From Mustelus asterias (Eukaryota): 64,000 nt of DNA. Location: assembly GCF_964213995.1 (NCBI RefSeq), contig NC_135822.1, positions 7,936,001 to 8,000,000 of the forward strand, in the 5' to 3' direction. The stretch's first letter is position 1. Each line of letters opens with the position of its first letter. Below the pieces are notes generated by a model. The model was not told the origin of the DNA. It worked only from the letters and a program-made list of their open reading frames with translations, and did no database searches. This document shows, one piece after another, positions 63,962 to 64,000 of the stretch. The translations under genes were made by a program, and so were the position numbers.

Positions 63962-64000
63962 ATTATACTGTTTCCCCTTATGTTATTTCAGACTCGAGAA

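Noticed and set aside
1-64000. CRISPR arrays, operons or other prokaryotic systems; remaining short ORFs in the track
   Set aside because: The sequence is vertebrate-type repeat-rich DNA with no regularly spaced repeat-spacer array, and the short ORFs are of chance length or lie within repeats.

Overview
Vertebrate-type, AT-rich, repeat-dense non-coding DNA, most likely from a shark or other elasmobranch. The basis is the repeat complement: HE1-like V-SINEs, HER1-like CR1 LINEs, SacSINE1-like Deu-domain SINEs and Penelope-like elements. I found no convincing host protein-coding exon, so the window is probably intronic or 5'-UTR-intron DNA of a large gene, possibly on the + strand. Every recognisable coding segment is transposon-derived: CR1 RT, Penelope RT and GIY-YIG endonuclease, L1 ORF1/ORF2, L2 and Rex1. 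Three observations stand out. (1) A young CR1 LINE has a 3' UTR carrying a 337-nt cassette bounded by a 23-bp direct repeat. The cassette folds into a double U-rich-internal-loop hairpin resembling a double ENE (poly(A) triple-helix stabiliser). (2) Two Penelope-like families have left many short, often fold-back, TSD-flanked insertions with minimal hammerhead ribozyme motifs. (3) One SINE head is joined to two different LINE-type tails. Family names come from motif recognition by eye, with no database search, and boundaries of old repeats are approximate.
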